Source of the DNA: Clostridia bacterium
GTDB taxonomy: Bacteria > Bacillota > Clostridia > Christensenellales > Borkfalkiaceae
Assembly: GCA_017626305.1 (NCBI GenBank)
Contig: JAGAIW010000181.1
Span: 4,283 to 68,282, forward strand
Length of the DNA stretch: 64,000 nt
Reading direction: 5' to 3'
The stretch's first letter is position 1, and each line of letters starts with the position of its first letter. Below, one piece after another: positions 59,346 to 64,000 of the stretch. Made by a program: the position numbers and the translations under genes. Under the pieces are notes generated by a model. It made no database searches. It saw nothing but the letters and a program-made list of their open reading frames with translations, and was not told the origin of the DNA.

Positions 59346-61658
59346 ATGAAAAAGCATACGATTCAATTATGGCTTATCAGCGTCGCCGCGTTGGTTGTAA
59401 CAGGTGGTCTTGCTGCTTGCAATACGACGAATACGGATTCAAGTACGGGTTTTTCTTCCGACTCTATTTCAAGTTCAAGCGAAACGGTAGAGATTACGCT
59501 TGACGGTTTTGAAAATACGGAAGATAGCGTATTGCTCGGGCAAAAATACACACTTCCCACCGAAAACGCGAAGGATACCAGCGGTAAGGAATACGCAGTA
59601 ACCTATCAGGTGCAAACGTCGACGGGTGAAAAAATCGCGCTCGTTGAAAACGCTTTTTATGCGTATCATTTAGGGGAATATATCATTACTTGTTACGCAA
59701 ACGTGGGGATAGGCGACGTACGTACACGCACGATAACCGTTAAGGTAAAAGACGAGCTTGCCCCTGAAATCACGTTTACGGACGTAAAAACGGGTATGGT
59801 AGGTAAACGCCACGTATTGCCGAAGATAAGCGTGATAGACGATTCGGGTGAAAATATCAAGCCGACGGCAAAGCTTTATGAATGTAGCGGCGATACGAAA
59901 GGCGACGAAGTTCAGTTTAGCGGCGGCGTCTTTATCCCAAGCAAAGCAGGCGAGTATCTTTTTGAAGTTACCGCAAAGGATAGCAGCGAAAACACCGTAA
60001 CAGAAACGGCGAGAATTTATATTCGTGAAAAGGTCAAAGAATACGAAGTATTGCCCTTTAATCATGAAACGGATATAGAAAAAGTGGGGTTATTAGGGGC
60101 GGACGTTTGCTATTTAGACGAATACGAAGGCGACGAAGGCGTGGTGAAATTTTCGTATACGGGCGGCTACTGGGCGAATAGATTTACCTTTTTACCCCTT
60201 TGCGATTTATCCGACGATACGGGTATTTATGAAAAATACGATTCGTTTATTTTGAGAATGTATATTGTAAAAACAAACGACGTACAAAACTATTTCACGA
60301 ATATTGCTATAAAAGATTATAAGACGAACGAGAATTATTATTCGCCGACGGAAGTGGTGTATAACGAGTGGGTAGATTATCAATTTCCCGTAGCGTATTT
60401 GAAACTTTTTCAAGCTGATGCGTTAGACGTAACGCTCGGTACGAAAATATTCGGCTACGGCAACGAAGAATTAAAGGGAAACGAAGACGTTGCCAAAGGT
60501 GAATTTTACCTTTCGGATATCTATCTTTCCAAAGATATTACGATAGACGTTGCAGGGGACGCCTTGGTCGGCGCAACGGTAGAAATTTCCCCGCAAGAAA
60601 CTGAAAAAGAAACGGTAACGACGGTAAAATCACCAAGCGGTATACTGACGACCTTAACGGACGGCACGTACACGATAGCCGAAACGGGCGTGCATACGGT
60701 ATACGTTCACGGTGAAGGTTGCTATGGTAAAACGGAATTTTCGGGCGCGTTTGCGGCGCTGAATACGCCGATAAGAAACGTCGCTTGGAACGGATATAAT
60801 TTAACGACCTACGGCAGTTCGGCAATAACGAAAGACGGCGCGGTTACTTTGGCGGCTGGCGAATATAGCGGTACAAGTCCACGCGCGTTGGGCACGGCGA
60901 ACGTTCCGTATATTGCCTTTAATGGAAACCATTCTTTGGGTAAGACCGTGGTGGTCGATTTTACGGGCGGCAATTTACCCAATATTGCGTTTTTCGCAGA
61001 CCAACCTAGCGAAAATACGAAGAATTTCGTTGGAGCGAAGGGGTTGATGTTCTCGCAATCGGTGTTGGCGAAAGATGGAACGGTGTTTAATAACACTTAT
61101 GCTAACCGTTTGAATATTTACGGGTCGAATTTCTTTACCAAATACAGCGATACAAGCAGTAAAGAAGATATTTACAATGCGCTGTTTATGCCTTACGGAG
61201 ATACTTCTTACGAAGGCGTACAAAAGAGCGTATTTATGGATTATGCGGAGATGCAAGCAGCTACAACGACGAAATACCGCTTGCTCGTAAGATTTGATAA
61301 AGGCACGAAACTAGCTTGCTCGGTTGTGCTGATGTCGTGGGATACGGCGCAAAATTCGTATAAAATCGTATATAAAGGCGAAAGAAGTATATCGCAAACG
61401 TATGCTGATCACGGTTTAACGGACGGTAGCGTTATTATCTACGGTAGACCGTACGTCGAAACGAAAATCGATAAGCTGCACGTTATCTACGAAAGCACGA
61501 ACGACGGTGAAAACGTATATAACTGGACGGGTAAGGCGCTTTGGGGATATACGCCGCCAAACGCCACGGCTAAAAGTGCAGAGCTGGAAAACGACAACGG
61601 AGCAACTGGTACGTTACCGTGTGACGTGGCAAATCCTAAAAAACGCGAAGAATATTAA
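59346..61658 (+). CDS. surface lipoprotein of unknown function (paralogue A)
   Basis: 770-aa ORF with GGGGGA SD. Lipobox TGGLAA|CNT and a Ser-rich linker. Its N-terminal ~190 aa, an RMYIV-containing module and an Ig-like segment are colinear with the next gene product. Confidence 0.85.
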   Translation: MKKHTIQLWLISVAALVVTGGLAACNTTNTDSSTGFSSDSISSSSETVEITLDGFENTEDSVLLGQKYTLPTENAKDTSGKEYAVTYQVQTSTGEKIALVENAFYAYHLGEYIITCYANVGIGDVRTRTITVKVKDELAPEITFTDVKTGMVGKRHVLPKISVIDDSGENIKPTAKLYECSGDTKGDEVQFSGGVFIPSKAGEYLFEVTAKDSSENTVTETARIYIREKVKEYEVLPFNHETDIEKVGLLGADVCYLDEYEGDEGVVKFSYTGGYWANRFTFLPLCDLSDDTGIYEKYDSFILRMYIVKTNDVQNYFTNIAIKDYKTNENYYSPTEVVYNEWVDYQFPVAYLKLFQADALDVTLGTKIFGYGNEELKGNEDVAKGEFYLSDIYLSKDITIDVAGDALVGATVEISPQETEKETVTTVKSPSGILTTLTDGTYTIAETGVHTVYVHGEGCYGKTEFSGAFAALNTPIRNVAWNGYNLTTYGSSAITKDGAVTLAAGEYSGTSPRALGTANVPYIAFNGNHSLGKTVVVDFTGGNLPNIAFFADQPSENTKNFVGAKGLMFSQSVLAKDGTVFNNTYANRLNIYGSNFFTKYSDTSSKEDIYNALFMPYGDTSYEGVQKSVFMDYAEMQAATTTKYRLLVRFDKGTKLACSVVLMSWDTAQNSYKIVYKGERSISQTYADHGLTDGSVIIYGRPYVETKIDKLHVIYESTNDGENVYNWTGKALWGYTPPNATAKSAELENDNGATGTLPCDVANPKKREEY

Positions 61659-61671
61659 GTAGGGGGTAAGA

Positions 61672-63582
61672 ATGATGAAAGGCTTATGTAAAAAACTTTT
61701 AGCGACGGCAACGTTGGTTACGGCTTTTGGAATGCTTGCCGCCGCTTGCGGTGAAACGTCTTCTGATTCGTCGCCGTCTTCGGACGATTGCTCGTCGTCC
61801 TTTGTCGAATCTACGGTAAGCGCCGTAGAGCTTGAAAATTTTGAAAATGAAGAAAAACAGGTTTTGCTGGATAGTCCGTTTGAATTGCCTGCCGCGACGG
61901 TCAAAGATACAAACGGTAACGAATACGCCGTAGAATATACGGCGGTAACCAAATCGGGGAAACCGATTGCGGTGGCAGACGGCGCGATATGGATTAACGA
62001 ATTTGAAACGCATTATATCAGCTGTCAAACAACGGTGCAGGGCGAAATCAAAACGCGCGTTTTGACGCTTACCGTAAAAGACGAAGGCGCGCCGACGCTT
62101 GCGTTTGATACCTTCTACGACGGCTTTGAAGGAGAAAATTATCTTCTTCCCGACATTCGGGTAAACGACTCGTCTAAGGAAAAAATTACGCCGACGATAA
62201 AGGTGTATTTATTGCACGGGGATACCAAAGACAAAGAAATTTCTTGCGACGGCGTGTCGTTTACGCCAAACGTAGCGGGGTATTATTTGGTAGAAGCGAC
62301 AGCGAAAGACAGCAGCGGAAACAGCGCGACGGAAACGGAGGTGTTGCGTATTCGTCCGCAAACAGCCAAAACGACGATTTTGTCGTTTGAATCACAGGTG
62401 GACGTCGATAAAGTCGATTATAGAAAAAACAATACCCGTGCGCTTATCTCAAAGGACTGGTTGCCTGATTTTGCGGGTGAGAAAAACGTTGTACAGGTAT
62501 GCTTTGAAGGGGATGCTTGGGCTCCGCAATTCTATTTCTATCCTATGCAAGATTTGCGAAGTGCTTCCTGCACGCTTTTGGATAACTACGATTATGCGAT
62601 TTTGCGTATGTATATCGTCAAAACGGACGAATATGCAAACGCTTGGGACGGTATAAAATTAAATAGTGACGCAAGCACGGCAACGATAGAATTTAATCAA
62701 TGGATAGACTATAAATTCTCTCTTTCAGCGTTTGCGGACGGTTGCGCTGCGGACGGCAGTATGAAATTTTTCGAGAGTAATTCGTTGAATTTGAAAGACC
62801 CTGTGACGGAAGAAAAAACTTGGCGTAAAGGTATGTTTTATATCGCAGGGCTTTATGCCGTAAACGAAGTCACCGTGTCCGTGAAAAGCGTAGAAAATTC
62901 GTCCGAAGTGCAAATTACGGCGAAGGATAATGCAGGCAAAGCAATCGATTTAACGCAATCGAACGTTCGCGTTGTGTCGCCCGACGGAGTTGTAAAGACG
63001 GTGAAAAACGCGCGTTTTACACCCACTATGCAGGGACGTTATATGGTTTATGTGGACGGCGACGGATACTGGGGTCGCACGACGGGAACGCCTAACGAAA
63101 TTTTGTCTTTCGATAACGAAAGAGATATTACGAATTACGTAAAAAAGGATAATAAATATACGCGAGAATGGCTTGGCGAGTATCAGGGCGAAAAGAGCGT
63201 TATGAAAGTCACGTATACGTCGGGTACACAATGGACGCCTGCATTTGTGGTCGGTACGCCGTTGCAAAATATCCACGCGATTGAAAAGTATACGCACGTC
63301 GTTGTGAGAATGTACGTTGTGCAATCGGCGACGGTGCAAAACCTTTGGAATGGCGTGTCCATACAAAAAGCGGCAAACAAGTCGTCTACTTCGTATCAAT
63401 CCAACGCTTGGGTGGATTATAAATTTACGCTTGCGCAACTTCAAGACGATTCTTCTAACGTTGGACAAATCAAAATTTGCGGCGACGCAGGCGCGTTGAC
63501 TTATGATGATTTTGAAACGACCGCACCCGAGCGCACGGGCGAATTTTACGTCGCGGGAATATGGCTTGTAAACGAATCTTAA
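61672..63582 (+). CDS. surface lipoprotein of unknown function (paralogue B, two copies of the RMY(I/V)V module)
   Basis: 636-aa ORF with GGGGG SD. Lipobox FGMLAAA|CGE and a Ser-rich linker. Colinear similarity to the 770-aa protein. Confidence 0.85.
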   Translation: MMKGLCKKLLATATLVTAFGMLAAACGETSSDSSPSSDDCSSSFVESTVSAVELENFENEEKQVLLDSPFELPAATVKDTNGNEYAVEYTAVTKSGKPIAVADGAIWINEFETHYISCQTTVQGEIKTRVLTLTVKDEGAPTLAFDTFYDGFEGENYLLPDIRVNDSSKEKITPTIKVYLLHGDTKDKEISCDGVSFTPNVAGYYLVEATAKDSSGNSATETEVLRIRPQTAKTTILSFESQVDVDKVDYRKNNTRALISKDWLPDFAGEKNVVQVCFEGDAWAPQFYFYPMQDLRSASCTLLDNYDYAILRMYIVKTDEYANAWDGIKLNSDASTATIEFNQWIDYKFSLSAFADGCAADGSMKFFESNSLNLKDPVTEEKTWRKGMFYIAGLYAVNEVTVSVKSVENSSEVQITAKDNAGKAIDLTQSNVRVVSPDGVVKTVKNARFTPTMQGRYMVYVDGDGYWGRTTGTPNEILSFDNERDITNYVKKDNKYTREWLGEYQGEKSVMKVTYTSGTQWTPAFVVGTPLQNIHAIEKYTHVVVRMYVVQSATVQNLWNGVSIQKAANKSSTSYQSNAWVDYKFTLAQLQDDSSNVGQIKICGDAGALTYDDFETTAPERTGEFYVAGIWLVNES

Positions 63583-63613
63583 AGTAAAAAGGTAAAATAG
63601 TGATATCGACAAC

Positions 63614-63651
63614 AAAAAGGCGGAGCAACGTAGAAATGCTCCGCCTTTTTG
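63614..63651 (+). terminator. intrinsic terminator after the lipoprotein genes
   Basis: AAAAAGGCGGAGCA (63614-63627) / TGCTCCGCCTTTTT (63637-63650) with a 9-nt loop and a T-run. Confidence 0.8.
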
Positions 63652-63694
63652 TATATATGTATTATAGAATGGTTTAACACATTTACTAAACAAG

Positions 63695-63718
63695 AAACGG
63701 ACGCTTTTGCGTCCGTTT
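63695..63718 (-). terminator. intrinsic terminator of the AraC-family gene
   Basis: AAACGGACGC (63695-63704) / GCGTCCGTTT (63709-63718) with a 4-nt loop, 8 nt downstream of the minus-strand stop. A T-containing tail follows on the minus strand. Confidence 0.65.
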
Positions 63719-63725
63719 GGCTATT

Positions 63726-64000
63726 TTATGGAGTTGTTTTCCTGCATTGAGAAGGGGAAATATTGTACATTTTCTTAAAACGGCTAGCGAAGTGGTGACA
63801 GTTAGAAAAATGTAGTCTGTCTGCAATTTCCGATACGGATAAATCGGTTTCGGTTAAAAGAGTAAACGCTCTTTCGATTTTTATTGTTTCGATATATTTT
63901 TTAGGAGAACAACCGATTGTTGCCGTAAAGAGTTTTCTAAAATACTGTTCGGAAAAGTTAAACCGTGCGGCAAGGGCGGCTATGGATAACTTTTCTTCAA
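63726..64000 (-). CDS. 3' end of an AraC/XylS-family transcriptional regulator (HTH domain); the N-terminus lies outside the window
   Basis: Minus-strand frame open from the window edge to the TAA at 63726-63728. Translation: ...EEKLSIAALAARFNFSEQYFRKLFTATIGCSPKKYIETIKIERAFTLLTETDLSVSEIADRLHFSNCHHFASRFKKMYNISPSQCRK. This is the two-HTH AraC signature. Confidence 0.85.
   Translation of the reverse strand, partial: EEKLSIAALAARFNFSEQYFRKLFTATIGCSPKKYIETIKIERAFTLLTETDLSVSEIADRLHFSNCHHFASRFKKMYNISPSQCRKTTP

Noticed and set aside
62950-63693. 247-aa minus-strand ORF overlapping the end of the 636-aa lipoprotein gene and its terminator. The ORFs at 20296-20952 and 49793-50578 (minus strand) are similar cases.
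   Set aside because: These are shadow ORFs. The 62950-63693 ORF would have to be read through a strong + strand terminator hairpin, and it lacks any motif.

Overview
This 64-kb window looks chromosomal. It most plausibly comes from an anaerobic, monoderm (Bacillota-like) bacterium. That is an inference from gene content: a HydABC-type [FeFe]-hydrogenase, many lipobox-anchored surface proteins, Flg_new and BspA-type LRR proteins, SigA-like consensus promoters, and TGA used as a stop codon. All calls come from reading the translated ORFs and the DNA by eye; no database search was run.

Layout:
(i) 1-3032, minus strand: sugar ABC transporter genes (ATPase, permease, start of a third ORF) plus an RDD-family membrane protein.
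(ii) 3403-8590, plus strand: nucleoside-catabolism operon deoC-deoD-deoB-cdd-pdp plus one orphan gene, bracketed by a consensus promoter and a hairpin terminator.
(iii) 8692-44679, plus strand: a ~36-kb accessory block. It holds a 3368-aa lipoprotein with a ~7.4-kb BspA-type LRR array, then a translationally coupled membrane-protein/MoxR/DUF58/2x BatA_N-VWA operon, a 975-aa LRR lipoprotein, a 1726-aa orphan lipoprotein, a 2500-aa S8 cell-envelope protease fused to Big_2 and LRR domains, and a 524-aa lipoprotein.
(iv) 44696-52153, plus strand: an Opp/Dpp-type peptide ABC transporter with unusually enlarged subunits and a coupled 86-aa membrane protein.
(v) 52257-56410, minus strand: hydC-hydB-hydA.
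(vi) 56762-63582, plus strand: a secreted LamG-like/metallophosphoesterase protein and three lipoproteins, two of them paralogues built from an unrecognised module.
(vii) 63726-64000, minus strand: the 3' end of an AraC-family regulator.

I recognised no rRNA, tRNA, CRISPR array, transposase, integrase, reverse transcriptase or phage gene.

The most interesting point is that the giant modular surface proteins wrap around a MoxR-DUF58-VWA operon. A protease-LRR fusion also lies directly upstream of the Opp system. Other notable observations are a Cys-to-Ser change in the HydA H-cluster L1 motif, several unrecognised repeat modules, and a possible orphan small RNA.
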